Positions 1-14,820 of a stretch of 64,000 nucleotides of DNA are shown piece after piece. Each line of letters begins with the position of its first letter. The stretch's first letter is position 1. The notes below the pieces were generated by a model, which was given only the letters and a program-made list of their open reading frames with translations, was not told the DNA's origin and made no database searches. The translations under genes and the position numbers were made by a program. Source of the stretch: the human T2T-CHM13v2.0 reference genome, Homo sapiens; NCBI RefSeq assembly GCF_009914755.1, contig NC_060929.1, one strand, 5' to 3'.

Positions 1-370
1 CTTTGTTAATTCTTTCCTGTTCTGACATATATCGAATTTTGATGTGTTTGTGGAAAAACTGAAAATGTCAGCTAGCTATTAGGAAATAGGTCACTTTGGG
101 GACTGCTCATTTCCTTCCTTCAGCAGTGAAGATGAATCTGATGCCTGGATATGACCCTTGACCTTTAACTGAAATAATTTGAAAAAAAATCAATCTAGCC
201 AAAGGAGTTTAGCCTGGGATGGGATGTTTGTAGCTGCCAGCTTGTGTGAGCTACATTCCACCTGCTGTGAGAACTTTTAAAAAGTTGATGATTTATATGG
301 TTTACTGTATCCCCAAAACATCCTTACTTTCTCTCCTCCTGTCAACCCCAATACTTCTGCTCCTTTTCAG

Positions 371-579
371 GGCAGTCTACTTTGTTCGGCATAAAGAATC
401 CCGGCAGAGGTTTGCCATGAAGAAGATTAATAAACAGAACCTCATCCTTCGAAACCAGATCCAGCAGGCCTTTGTGGAGCGGGATATCCTGACTTTTGCA
501 GAAAACCCCTTTGTTGTCAGCATGTATTGCTCCTTTGAAACAAGGCGCCACTTGTGCATGGTCATGGAATATGTGGAAG
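371..579 (+). CDS. MAST4: MAST4 coding exon (kinase subdomains I-V: [18 protein letters not shown]...[10 protein letters not shown])
   Basis: ttttcag acceptor at 370, gtatct donor at 580; AMKK catalytic lysine and MEYVEG hinge of MAST kinases. Confidence 0.96.
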
Positions 580-1437
580 GTATCTGACACGGAAAACATG
601 ACACCTGTACCCAGGAATCCCTTGCTCATTTGTGTTGTTGAAGCTGTCTGTATTTGTGCCACATAATGGCTGTATCCACCTAGGAACTGAAGCCAGGCAA
701 TGAAATGGCTGTATTCCCAGTCATTATCTTCTGATAATTGCTTGTAAAGTGCCTGCTCTACTATAACAAAGAGAAAATTAGCGCTATCTGGAAAAAGGTT
801 ATCTTTTTTAATAGTTTTTAATCCTAACTACCTCCTCTCAATTGGTCATTAAAGTTGGAATATAGGTGATGGGATTTTTTTCTGCTTATTTTTATTACAT
901 ATCATAAAAGTACTCATCACAATTAGTCTTCTTACAGAAAGAAATATATATTCTTTTCAGTCTATAGTATGAAATAAAATGGAAAAGGAGATACATTCAA
1001 GAAAATGCAGCCAGTCTTCCCGATTTTTAGCTTTTTTTTCTTTCTTTAAGAGGTTTATGGACTACCTTTTCAATGCTCCAAGTAATCTTATTTCCATCAA
1101 TTTTATATTAAGTTTCTGAGTTCGAGTGACCATGACTTGTTGACATAAAGTTAATAAGATGAATAGATCAGTAACAATTTCAAAGCATCTAATTTAAGCT
1201 GTTGTCATTGAACAGAATCCCAAAACTATAAAACTCAAAGAAACATTAGATATCCTTTTAGTTTAACCTTTGCATTTCATAGATGAGCGAAATAAAGTCC
1301 AAGAAAGGAAGACTTACTAGATAGAGTGGTAGATAAAAGACAAAAACGTAGCTTGCCTTATTTTCACCCAGTGTCCTTTCTACCACACCAATATTTTGCT
1401 TTTTTAACCTTTGTTGTGGTTATCTTAACAAAAACAA

Positions 1438-1670
1438 TTACTAACATTTATCACACATTTAATATGTGATATGTGTTGGGCAGTATCCTAAGTTCTTTAT
1501 ATAGATTATCTCATTTAATTCTCGTAAGAATTCTAACAAAGATGGTATTATTACCATCCTCGTATTACAGGTGAAGGAACCAAGAGTCGTTTGCCTAGGA
1601 TGTCTCAGCTGGTAAGAGGCAGAGCTAGGATTTGGACTCAGGTAGCCTGATTCTAGAATCCATGTTTTAT
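1438..1670 (-). mobile_element. MIR SINE
   Basis: MIR core-like ttacaggtgaaggaacc...gagctaggatttggactcagg. Confidence 0.7.
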
Positions 1671-1973
1671 GCTGGTGTATTTTAAATTGTTACCATGATC
1701 CTAAAATTATGCTAGCCGTTCTTTAAAGTACAGTTTCACTTCAGAGCCAAACCTCCTCTCTTATGAATACTACTTCTTAAATAAAAATCTGTATTTTCTC
1801 CATACTGTTTCTTAGTTAGAAACATGATAGGTTAACACATAGACTCCAGTTGTGACTATGATATGCTGTGTCTATGGGTAGAGATGATTTCACCTTGAAA
1901 TTCTGCAGTCTAAACTGATTTTCTACATTAAGCCTTCATCCTATAGCTACTAACTCTTTTTCCTGTGTTACAG

Positions 1974-2112
1974 GGGGAGACTGTGCTACTTTAATGAAAA
2001 ACATGGGTCCTCTCCCTGTTGATATGGCCAGAATGTACTTTGCTGAGACGGTCTTGGCCTTGGAATATTTACATAATTATGGAATTGTACACAGGGATTT
2101 GAAACCAGACAA
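1974..2112 (+). CDS. MAST4: MAST4 coding exon ([14 protein letters not shown]...HRDLKPDN catalytic loop)
   Basis: tacag/gtatgt sites; phase continues previous exon; HRDLKPD motif. Confidence 0.96.
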
Positions 2113-2342
2113 GTATGTACACAAATGAAATATATGTCTTCTTTTGCCCAATACAAAGTTCTCGTATGTTTATAAAGATGTTTTCTTTTAGTCAATGTAC
2201 ATTTTTAAATTATTCCATAATGTCCAAAATGAGTTGTTTTAACAGTATATATGGTAATTTGTATGTAAAACTTTAAAAGATATGCTTATTGGAAGTTCAG
2301 GAAACTCATGGAAAAAAGGATACAATGCATATGTATATATAT

Positions 2343-2500
2343 ATTTTATTATACTTTAAGTTCTGGGATACATGTGCAGAACGTGCAGGTTTGTTACATA
2401 GGTATACACATGCCATGGTGGTGTATGCTGCACCCATCAATCCGTCATCTACATTAGGTATTTATCCTAATGTTATCCCTTCCCTAGTTCCCCACCCCCA
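2343..2500 (-). mobile_element. L1PA (older) 3' UTR fragment
   Basis: tatactttaagttctgggatacatgtgcagaacgtgcagg is the L1P 3' end in reverse. Confidence 0.85.
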
Positions 2501-3674
2501 ATGATGCTTATATTAATAACTTATCAGCAACAAGAGAAAAAGATAATGATAAAGCCAGAGTTAATTTTTTTAAGTTTTTTTTTCAAATGGTGCAAATGTG
2601 ACAATAGCTTCATAGAATGCTGCTAGTTGTTTTCTGGGTAGTTTCTTTATTTGGTGTCATACTTAGATTACCTTTTCCTACTCCAAGATGAAGTGCTTGA
2701 TGTTACATTCTATGTTACTCACAGTTTAATTTTTTAGTAATTTTTAATTTATGTGGAATTGATTTTGGTGTCTGATTTGAGATACAGATAGACTTTTTTC
2801 CCCAGATGACTAGCTATTCATCTTGACATCATTTATTAAATATTTCATGCTTTCTCCACTAATTTGAGAAGCCTCTAAAAGCATTACATATTAATATATA
2901 AAGACTTTAAGTATGCTGAAAAGTTTATGATAAAATTGACTCATGCTCATTCTACAAAATTTGAAAAATGCAGGGGAAAAAAGAGAGAAAAAAATTCATC
3001 TGCAGTATTACCAAAGACAACTATTAAAATTTTGGGATATTTCCATCCAGTAGCTTTTTAAAAAATACCTCTATTCTTTTAATTTTTAAATTACTGTAAT
3101 ACCGTATATACTATTTAAACTTTTTATTTTCCCACTTAAAATGAAAAGTTTTAAATATATTTAATTGCAGATTCTTTGCATGGGTAAGAAATATAGGTTT
3201 TGTGCTTAATGAGTAGAAATTTAAATTAGAGATGGGAGTTGAAATCTGAAACAATACAATATTTTTCTGTTTTTCTTTATTTTATGCCTCATTTGAATCA
3301 CAAATGGGTTGCTTAGTTCCTGGTGTATGCCCTTTTTTTTTTATTTTCTTATTGTGAAAATGGAAAGGGATCAGAGTTTCATACTTGAATTTTTCTAAGA
3401 GTTTCAAAGTGTTATAAATGATATTGTATGTGGCTGCTCCAACAAAGATTAGCTACACCTTGTCTCTAGCCCTCCCTTGTGAATTACACTCAGCTGCTAG
3501 ATGGAAGTATTTGACATCTTTATGTGACTCCATCTCTTTCCAGGCTGGGTTTTGTAATAAGCTTGATGCCCATATATTAAATAGTCTTAGAAACTGAGGG
3601 GGGAAGGGAGGAAATGAAAATAGATAACCAGCTTATAAAGTGATTATTGTGTTACATGTCCTTCTGCCTCATAG

Positions 3675-3807
3675 CTTGTTGGTTACCTCCATGGGGCACA
3701 TAAAGCTGACAGATTTTGGATTATCTAAGGTGGGACTAATGAGCATGACTACCAACCTTTACGAGGGTCATATTGAGAAGGATGCTAGAGAGTTCCTGGA
3801 TAAACAG
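3675..3807 (+). CDS. MAST4: MAST4 coding exon ([18 protein letters not shown]...FLDKQ)
   Basis: atag/gtaagc sites; DFGLSK motif. Confidence 0.96.
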
Positions 3808-4683
3808 GTAAGCTTGGGTGCCATTTAGTTTATTGAGAAATACAAAGTATGGTATTGCCAGTGAAGTTCAGAATCAACTTGTGTGGGCCATCTTCACATT
3901 AGTGCTGGTGGTTTAGATGTCTGTATAAACCTTACATTTAATAAAGTGCAAATTGCTCCCATTTTTCTCCCTGGGCCTCTTTGAATTGTCTGCTCCCTCT
4001 ACATTCCTCCCCCAACATTATGGTCTATTAGCAAGACGAATGATCTAATTGCACACAAGTGAGAGTGTGAGAGAGACAAATGGAATACTGTTTTTGTAAG
4101 GAATTCAGGAGTCTCAGTAGAGTACTTGTGAAACTCATGATGCATTGTACCATCACGGGTGCTAAATCCAAGCCACGGCCCATTTCCCTTTAAGCATGCC
4201 TCATTACCATGTCCCCACAATCTGTTCATTGTAAAGTTACTTAAGGTAAACACATCTCAACTGTCATTGCTTTTATGAAATGACCTGTGTGTGAATATAT
4301 TTTGGTCATATAGATACTAAAACTCTCTCTGACAATGACAAACTTAAAAATGCATTATTATTTTAAATTTAAGGATTATAAGTGGTTTTAATATTGTATA
4401 ATAGGTAAAACTACCAAACAGGGTCAGATTCTCAATTTGAAAGTAAACATTACATATAATTTAACATTAGAGCAGAACTGTAAACTTCCCGTCTTTGGTA
4501 ATAATTCTTTTCGTTGGTATTTTAAATATCTTTTTATAATTGGTGCTCTTAAGTTCTTTGTCCATGTGGTTCCATGTGGTTGAGCAGGTGCATTCTGGGC
4601 AAAATAATTGGTGACTAGCCATCTTGCTCATTTTAATTCATGTCTAATATTCCAATTATTCTAATATTGCAATTATCTTTTAG

Positions 4684-4899
<216 letters not shown>

Positions 4900-6532
4900 T
4901 AATGTAAATCTGTTGAGTGTCACAGTTTTTACTACTAAAATGTTAACCTTTATCAAACAGTTGAGCCAACAAAAGAACTCACTCATCAAAGCATATAACT
5001 GACATTCTTAATCTCAAGAGAGCAATTTTTGTTGAAAATTGATCTGAAGAAATGTTGTTAACATAGAATTTGGAAATGTACTAGCAACAAAACCATTTTT
5101 TATAGTGTGCTTTTTCTGCAAAGGAAATTGGTGTGGGATTTACAGGCAATTTAATTGCCGTCCAGTCTTCCTTTCCATGATAGGAAAGTTACACCAGGGA
5201 AGAAAAGGTTAATGTGGGTAACATTTACATAAATAGGGAAAATGGCTAATGGCATAATGAAGAAGTTAACAAAAATGTAATAAACCCTAAAACAAATGTC
5301 TACCAAATAATAAATAATGAGAATGGGAAAGAAGCAAGTTGAATCCACAGATTGTTAATGATTTCATTGGTAGTTGTTATGGCGTAATGTTATTTCTGTA
5401 ACAGCTGTTCATCTTTCATTTAAAATTCAATAACTTTTAGATCTTAACCTGCAAGCTGACCCTAACTATTGTATGTGGCCTGTGGCAAAACTAAATGATA
5501 ATTAAATAGGGTGTATCACTACCCTACCTGCCGATTTTATAAATTTCCCTGGAACATACATCAGAAAGGCCTCTCATCTTGAAAGTTTGTCAGGCATCAC
5601 TGACATCTTTATCAGCCACGTACGGTCTATTTGGACTGTGTTTACAAGGTCCAGCAGTGGAAGTAGGGGAAAAATTCATTTTGCATATGAGGGGCCCCTT
5701 TATCACGGCATTCTTTTCTATCTTTGATTTTGCAAGCCTTGCATATTTGTAAACTTTAACAAAGCAGATTTGTGAGTTGCCTGCAGTGTATGACCCCTTT
5801 ATACAATATCTGAGCTGTTTATGGATTTATAACTAGGCTGTTTTCTGATATACTAAGGCCTGAATGGCAAAGGGAATCAACTGTTTAATTAACACAAGCA
5901 GCAAATGCTGGCTTTGTTCTTGATGCCTTACGGCTCAGATGCATATTCATGTTTTATTTTCCAAATCAGATTTAAACTGCAGCAGAGGAAGCTAGAGGCA
6001 GGCACACACAGAAATAACTCATGTTTTTATTGCATTTCCGTACACACAAGCACGCACACCTATCTTCAGGCAAACTCCTTCAGAATGAGAAAGTATTCTT
6101 AATATTTATGACAGATTTTAAATACTTCCATTACTATGATTACTTTGGGTTTTTTTTTCTTCTTCAGTCTTAGCACTTTGACCTGTTTGTTTGTTTGTTT
6201 GTTTGTTTGTTTCTGGAAATAGTTATTTTTACAAAATTACTTCTTGCTTCTTAGAGCTGAAGAACTCTATGGCTGTGGCCAAATTCTCAGTTGAGGAAAT
6301 TAAGAGAGAAAAATCTGAACCTGAGATAATCCCTGGATGGATATATTAGCCACCTGAAATGGAAGTGTTTAGAGTTTCTATTATTTTAAGTCTTTTAATA
6401 ACTAGAGAGGCAACTTTTTGGAAGCCAATTCTTTGAAAGAAAAATACATTTAAAAAGCAAATTAAAGATCTGCTTATTGAAATATTCTCTTCCTACCTTG
6501 TAAAAAATCTATGCTACTTATGTCTTGTAAAA

Positions 6533-6700
6533 TAATGCTTCTCAAACATGACTGTGTTTAGGAATCGACTGAAGATCTTGTTGAAAGGCAGACTCTGATT
6601 TAGTAGGTCCGGAGTGGGCCTGAAATTCTGCCTTTCTGACAAATTCCCAGGTGATGTCCATGTTGCTGGGACCTGGACCCTCTTGTGAACAATATGGTTA
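6533..6700. mobile_element. MER5A-like DNA transposon
   Basis: cttctcaaac...tagtaggtccggagtgggcctgaaattctgc...caggtgat. Confidence 0.75.
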
Positions 6701-6723
6701 TAAACAACTTTTCTTCCTTCTAG

Positions 6724-6825
6724 ATGAGATCAACTGGCCTGAGAAGGATGAGGCACCCCCACCTGATGCCCAGGATCTGATTACCTTACTCCTCAGGCAG
6801 AATCCCCTGGAGAGGCTGGGAACAG
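6724..6825 (+). CDS. MAST4: MAST4 coding exon ([34 protein letters not shown])
   Basis: ctag/gttaga sites; in frame; kinase subdomain XI. Confidence 0.95.
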
Positions 6826-7864
6826 GTTAGAGCCCATGTGTTTTAATTTTGCTAATATGCAAGAAATAATGTCTACATGGAGCACTCTGAAGCTTTTGTT
6901 GTTGTTTTGCTTTTTGCATAGGCAACATCTGTTAGTTGATGTAGAACATGACTGCAACACATTATAGCAATAATATTTTGGATTTTGTTTTCTGATTCAA
7001 AACAGTGTGTACGCTAAGAGGGTTGGTTGTTTGTCTTTGTTTTTTGTTGTTTTTGTGTTTGGCAAAGCAGAAATTATGCTTAATTTGTTTCAATAAATAA
7101 AGCTTCTCTGGAAGAAAACCTCAAAGGCACATGTAACTCTTCTATCCCGAAAAGCATGCATCTTAAATAACTTGAAACAGAGGATTCGATATTTGGAACT
7201 CTTTTTGTTTTTGTCTTTAAATATACATCCCCATACGGATTTGACCCAGCACGTTACTATACACAAGCTTTGAAATGGGTTATCAGTACTTGGACTAATT
7301 ACTAGAAATGAGTGTCTGGGGTTGAACCATGCTGTCCTGTCACAGTGATCAGCACCGTGACCCAAGAAAGAGAATTAAAAACCACTGTCTTTCAGGATTA
7401 ACGAGATAGTAGATTTGTTTCTTGCTGATTATTTTTTCTGACTGTTCTGCCAGTATTTTATTCCCTTTTCTTCTCTGTATTCTGAATAGACAGACTTAGC
7501 AATCCCAGTATAGAGTCCCAGTCTGCCCAAGTATGTGAATTTATGTAGATGAGACTAAATATTAAATATAAATGCATATAGTCTAGCCAGCAGCCATAAT
7601 TTTCATCAGTGAAAAGTGCTGGCTTGATGGGTTGTTTACTCTGGGCTGTTTCATTCTACCCCCATTTTAATAGAAATAACAGAAAATACTGAAGAAATCA
7701 TTTTCTCCCCCATTTTTTTCCAAGACAAAAATTTGAAACAGTTCCAAATATTTATTGTATAGTATTCTCCACATTCACCCACCGATTCTCCTGTTGGAGG
7801 ACCTGTTCTTACCTAAGTATAGACGAATGCTGTGCTACTAGAGTTTATGATAATGCATTACAGC

Positions 7865-8074
7865 AAGGGTCAGCAAGCTATGGCCAGATTTGTCCCACAG
7901 CCTGGTATGGTAAATAAAGCGTTACTGAAACACCTCCATGTCCACTCATTTAGGTATTGTATGGCTGCTTTCATGCTACAAGGGCAGAGTTAGGTAGTCA
8001 TGACAGACCGCATGCCCTGCAAAGACTGAAATGTTTACTGTTTTGCCCTTTACACAAAAGCTTTCCAGACCCTG
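7865..8074. mobile_element. MER58A-like hAT-Charlie element
   Basis: agggtcagcaagctatggcc ... tttccagaccctg termini; typical internal sequence. Confidence 0.75.
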
Positions 8075-8199
8075 CATTAGAGAATCCAAGAAGGCTTAAT
8101 ATTAGGGCTTGACTAGACAACTTCTTTTAGTTGAGCCTCTCACTAGAGCACCTTGTGTCTTTTTTACCTTTTTCAGTGGTTGAGTGGACTTTTAACCTG

Positions 8200-8378
8200 A
8201 AAAGCCAATATAAATTGAGGTTGAGAGCATAAACTCCACAGTCAGCTAGGCTGAGTTTAAATCTCGGCTGTATGACCCTGGACAGGTTACTTCTTTTTGC
8301 ATTGCTCATCTCCTCATTTGTGAAAAGGAGCTTTCCGAAGTGCTACCTCATAGGATTATTATAAGGATAAAAACAAAT
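8200..8378 (+). mobile_element. MIR SINE
   Basis: tgaccctggacaggttactt...ctcatttgtgaaaagg...cctcataggattatt. Confidence 0.65.
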
Positions 8379-8380
8379 CA

Positions 8381-9035
<655 letters not shown>

Positions 9036-9599
9036 TTCTGTCCTGTATTTACTCCTCCAGGAAAACTTGGATCCTTGGTTGGGCTTGATTTAACTAGACA
9101 AGGATGTGATAATGATCAGCATCTCTGTGTTTATAAATCATAGGCTGCAAGTTACTTCTCTGCACATTTTCTTGTTGATTGCTACTTTCAGTCTTTTTAG
9201 GGTTTGACAGTTTGAAGAACAAATCCCCTAACAGAAATCCAGAAGAGACATTTAAAAGACCCTACCCAAGCTCTTAGAATTGTCAAGTGCTTGCCAAACA
9301 GGCCAGTCCAACATGACAGGTCCCAGTAGGGCCCAGAGACTGAGGCTGAGAATCCCGCAGGCCTGCCGTGCTGCTTCCAATGACAGCGTTTTGTATTTAA
9401 TGCATATTTAGTGGGCAAAATAATGCACCGTGAAAATGTGCGAATGCACATTTGCCCAAGAGATTAGAGAGGCTGAGAAAAAGGGTGTGAAGAACATAAT
9501 GGATGTTTAAGAAACTTCCATGAAAGGAGAGAAAAGGGAAAGTGTTAGTGTCAAAGCATAACTTGCAATTTGGGAGCTTGTGCTACTGGAACTACACTT

Positions 9600-9830
9600 T
9601 TGAACTTGTAGAATATTGAGTGGCAGCCTGACTCCCTGGACTTCAGAGCTGCTCAGATGTCACTGCTACCCATATCTTGAATAGTTTCTTCATTGTCCTG
9701 AGTCTCAGTTTCCTAGTCTATGGAAATGGGCATTTTATATACTTCACAGGATTATTGTGAGGAGTAAATGCAAAAATGTTCATTAAGGTATCTAGTTCAT
9801 TTACTAAGTATCTAACAGGAGCTCAAGGTA
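9600..9830 (+). mobile_element. MIR SINE
   Basis: tctcagtttcctagtctatggaaatggg...cacaggattattgtgagg. Confidence 0.65.
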
Positions 9831-12275
9831 TAATGTTTCTTTTACCTTCATAATGAATTCTTACAATGAGAACTATCATTTGCATGAGTGATTTATTTTT
9901 AGCTCACGATGCTATCACCCGTATTTTACCAAAAGTTTAGTCCAGAGGTCATTTTCCCCCAATTTGTCCCTTTCTTTTCTTCCTTATCTCTCCATAAGTG
10001 CCTGAGAAACTGGACCCACTGATACCAGCTTCTCGTAAGTGAGGCACAAAGGCCAAAGGGTGAGAAATGTGAGCTAAATCAGCTATGGGCTGTAAATCCT
10101 TGAGGAGGACCCATTTGTCATTGTCTGCAGAGATGAAATGAAGGCTCTCAGCAGCTTGGGTCCCAGAGGATAGCAGGCAGGGGGTAAAACCCCTGACACT
10201 GGCTGCAGTCTGGTTGAGCTCTTGGCCCTAGAGAAACTGCTTTTCTGATAAAATCGAGCAACCCAAAATGTGAGGGCTGGGCCATTGATGTGGCCCCATG
10301 AGCAGCAGCTGAAGTGATAGTCATTGTAGTCTAGTGGAACCATCACTGCACTAGGAGTCCAGAGATGTGTGTTGTGGGCCACTAACTAGGGCTTTCCCTA
10401 CCCAACACCCGCACCGTGCTGACGACCTCCATGTTGGATAGGGAAACAGTTAAGCCCTCTTAGCTTTCGTATTCTGTTTCTCCAAGTAAAAGAGCACTAG
10501 AAGAAAATAAGATGGGCAGTTGTGCATACGGACATTGATTAGGGATAGGTGAGAGCAAGGATGCATGGTGGGCTGGAGTGAGGCTCTCCAGAGGTGCTAT
10601 AGAACAGCCACGTGAGTTGGCTCTTAGGCTCAGGTCCCCAGTATTGGCAGTTCTGAATCTGTTTGCAAAGCGATGCAAGAGAGGTGGTGGAGTAGGAACA
10701 AATTAAAGCATGCCTCTGCCTTATATGTGGCACTGAGGTTGGGCTTGGGTGTTTTTAGGCAGGCCTAGGTTCAGCCTTGAATCTTTACCCTCTGGGGGAT
10801 CGTGGTCCACGGTGCTTTATTGCTTATGCTTCATTTCCACATCCACAAAAGGTGTTGTAATGCCCACTTCATGTGGTTATATTTGATGATTTAATTAAAG
10901 GAAACAAGACATCTGTCCTGTAGTATCTAGTGCAATACTTGTCACAAGTTGGCCCTCAGTCATAGCTGCTCATGCTTACAGTCAGACTTCAGTATTTTGC
11001 TAGAAATGTGGAAACCACTTGGATAGAATATGGGGTAAAGATTCTAATTAAGTGTTTTATAAAGAAGAATCCATTTCCCCCCTTTTTGGGTAGTTTCCTC
11101 ACTTTGCTGTTTTCACTCCATTCCATCATTTTCAGAACACCAATTTGCCCTGGCTGGGTTTAGAGCTAGGGCTGACACTATGTCTTGTGCTAGAGGGGTC
11201 CAATGAGGACAGAGTCCAATCTTTGATCCACAGACAGCAACCCCCAACCAAGATTCACAGCCCATTTTGCATTCAGCTTGGCATTTCTCATCCTATTCTT
11301 TTTGGACTCCACAGAGGACAGGATGAGAGGCCTGGGTGACAACTACAAGAAAGAGGCATTTACTTGCACCTAGCAGAGATCTTTTGGCAGGGAGGCTGAT
11401 TAGTCCCTGTAGTAGCTTCTCAGAAATCTCTCTTCTTAGAGTTTTTTCAGGATTAATTCTTTGTTATCTCTCTCTTCAACAATATGTGTGCTGGTGGCAG
11501 GGCGGGGATCTGATTCTTACGCTATGATATTATAACATGTACCTTTTTCTCTTTATATGGGGTATGGTGTTCATATTTTTGATGACCTGTCCTTTAAAAT
11601 CGCTCTTTAAAATTATAAACTGAATTGAAAACATTTCACTGAATTATGCTTTCATGCTGACTTGGAAAAAGAAGCCTGAAACTTGGAAATGGTGATGGAT
11701 ATTTTGGAGACATTAAAAGTCTATAAAACAGATTTGTCAGTTTCCTACTTACAAATCTGTAATCCACAGAATCTAATTCTTATCTATGTTAATGAGCAAT
11801 CCACTAAAATTGAATGGTAACCCCTATAAATAATATTTAGGAAAAATTTATCAATATTCACTTTACCTCCAGAGGAAATGTTGCTGTGAACACATTTTGC
11901 ACCTTGTTAGAATTTCTCTGGGTTTTTAATGAGTGAGTCTGCTGTGGGCCAATATTTATCTACATCTCCAGGTTCAGCATACTGTGATTTTAAGTGGCCA
12001 CATCATTAACCTTTGAAAAATGGAGGAAGTCATGGAAAAAAACTAACAAAGAAAAACAGTGCCATAGCAACTGCTGTTAGCAACATCAAATCTCCTACTG
12101 ATAAATTATCAGAAAAACTTGTGGGGCTTTGGTTGTAGAATGAAAAAGTATGATTTTCATGTCTGTATTTCTTTGCTGATATGTTCTCAAAATTGTTGTT
12201 AAAAACTGATGTTTGCCTTTGCTTAGTGGGGATAGTTTAACACTTTCCTCTCTGTCTCTACCTGCCCCCTTCCAG

Positions 12276-12398
12276 GTGGTGCATATGAAGTCAAACAGCA
12301 TCGATTCTTCCGTTCTTTAGACTGGAACAGTTTGCTGAGACAGAAGGCAGAATTTATTCCCCAACTGGAATCTGAGGATGACACAAGTTATTTTGATA
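12276..12398 (+). CDS. MAST4: MAST4 coding exon ([11 protein letters not shown]...[12 protein letters not shown]-tail)
   Basis: tccag/gtatgt sites; DTSYFD motif of AGC kinases. Confidence 0.95.
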
Positions 12399-12581
12399 GT
12401 ATGTGCTTTATCTGACATAAAACATTGTTTGGCCTTTACTCGATAAATAATTATCTTTGCTTTTGAACCTTTTCATATCTCTGAGTTCTTAAACATAATG
12501 TTGATCCAGAAAATCATAATTAAAATATCTAAATGTTGAAAATCTGAGTAATTGGACCTGTTCCCAAACATTTCACTGCAG

Positions 12582-12694
12582 CTCGGTCTGAGAAGTATCA
12601 TCATATGGAAACGGAGGAAGAAGATGACACAAATGATGAAGACTTTAATGTGGAAATAAGGCAGTTTTCTTCATGTTCACACAGGTTTTCAAAA
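12582..12694 (+). CDS. MAST4: MAST4 coding exon ([15 protein letters not shown]...[12 protein letters not shown])
   Basis: tgcag/gtaagt sites; frame maintained. Confidence 0.95.
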
Positions 12695-12868
12695 GTAAGT
12701 GAAATGTGGCATAAACATACAGAGTCTCTCTGGGAGGATCTCCCGCTGGCCAGATAGTATCCCCGAACAGCTGGACACTTACCGTTTTCCAGGGTTTGAG
12801 GTCTCCTATGCTTAAACTTCCTTTTGTTGAAGAAAAGTGACCTCCTCAACTTATAGTCTGTCCCTATC

Positions 12869-14253
12869 CCCTAGGCCTTTAGACTGCCATTTTACCTTCT
12901 CTCTTTCCTGTGAGACAACAGAGATTCAGATAGCTGAGACCTTGGGCTTACCTGAGCTCTGATCCCCTTCAGGAACCCCGGCACCAATATATTTCTCTCT
13001 CCACAAATTAAGATATTGTTTTCTTAGAGGCATAGCCTTGCACCCACAGTCTTGTTTTTGGAGTGTGTGACTGCTACTTATATGATGACCTTGCCTTGAA
13101 CGTCTCTCACCTGGCTCAATGCCAGGCTGCAGAGGTATCACTCATTGCTTTCAACTCAGGATGAAGAGCGCGAGCTTCACTGTGTACAGAGTCATCTCCG
13201 AGGGATTACACAGAGTACAACAAAAGGAGAAGGCTCAGTCCTTGACATAAGCAAAGATATCTGCGGACAGTTGACTGTAGGATTGTAAAGTCTCATAACT
13301 GCCAGGCATAGTGGCTCACGCCTCTAATCCCAGCACTTAGAGAGGCAGAGGCAAGAAGATAGCGTAAGCCCAGCAGTTCAAGACCAGCCCGGGCAATATA
13401 GTGAGACCCCGTTCTCCACAAAAAGGAAAAAAAAAGCCAAAAAAAAAAAAAGTCTTGTAACCAATAAACAGAAATTATAAGCCATATTGAAAAGGCAGTA
13501 GGAAGCCAAGCTAGAATCATTTAGATAATTGATGCTTGAGAAAGATGCCTTTTTACCAGTACAGTAAAAGTTAAAAAAAACAATTAATCAAAACAAAGAA
13601 AACTGATAGTACTGAGACAGAACAAGGCCCTAGGAAAAACGGAAATCAACCTGAGGGCACCCTACCTCCCTTTTGCTATTTTCAGTAGCTATATATTTTC
13701 TGTTGCCATGGCATTTTGCATGATTATTGTTTAGCTTTTCTATAACATTTAGTGATTTTAAAGTGCTCCGTAGCTTTTTCTAAATGATTACCTAGATGCA
13801 CCTGCAAATTGGCCAGCACTACCCTCCTGTGTATGGGAATGGCATCGAGGTAAGGATTTCCCTGGAGAAGGTGGTAGCCAGTCTGTCCTAGAGCCAGGAC
13901 AGAAGCTTTGCTAAGTGTGGACTCAGACCAGGACTGTTCTCTGGGCCATCAAAGACAACAATGCCAACCCCTAAACACTGCTTCCTTCTTTGCCTTGGTG
14001 GGTATTTCATTTTCCCACCATCTCCTTTTCTGTAGCCACTTTCCTGCTATTCCTAGTAGATTATAGGAGGCCTGAGGACCATTCCCATGAGAGCAGCAAG
14101 TGTCTGAGCAGGGCAGTAGGGAGCGCTTCCTGCCCTAGGCTCTTAGACCCCCATTTTACCTTCTCTCTTATGAGACAACAGAGATTCACAGATAGCTGAG
14201 ACCTTGGGCTTACCTGAGCTCCGATCCCCTTCAGGAACCCCGGCACCAACATA
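12869..14253 (+). repeat. ~120-bp imperfect direct repeat (copies 12869-12991 and 14133-14253)
   Basis: both read ccattttaccttctctctt..gagacaacagagatt..agatagctgagaccttgggcttacctgagctc.gatccccttcaggaaccccggcaccaa. Confidence 0.9.
13300..13452 (+). mobile_element. FLAM (free left Alu monomer)
   Basis: single monomer plus A tail; TSD aaagtctcataac / aaagtcttgtaac. Confidence 0.85.
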
Positions 14254-14820
14254 GGAAACTGCCTGTCTATAGATGTGATTTGTAAGCGAAACAAATACCT
14301 CTGGCTCTTATAACGGAATATGTACTGCATCCTTGCCACACCACCACCCAGTCTTGAAACAGATAATTTATTCTTCTGTTTGCACTCAATTCCAATTCAT
14401 TTTTCTTCTTCCCACCCCTGACTGGTGGCCATTAAATCTGTTTCTCTGTTATTTTCTTTTTCCAGTTGACTTCATGGTTAAAAAGTAATCAAGATGTGCA
14501 TTGATCCCAAGGCCTAGAAACTCCACTGCATCTGTGGATTTTGTTTGCAGATACAAAGTCCGCAACAAGATATGATGAGAGGATGATGAATTCATAGCTC
14601 CCTATTCGTATATATGTACACACACACACACACACACACTCACTCACCCTGACCCTTCCTCTCTGGATTCTGGTTAACAACACTGGAAAGTACTTTCTGA
14701 ATACACAATATTAGTTCAGAATTTAGTTATCCTCTCAGGTTTTTCTCCCAAGACTTGGAGTGTTTTTCTGACAAACTCTTTTTAGTAGATATTAATAAGC
14801 ACCAATTATTTGCCTTCCAG

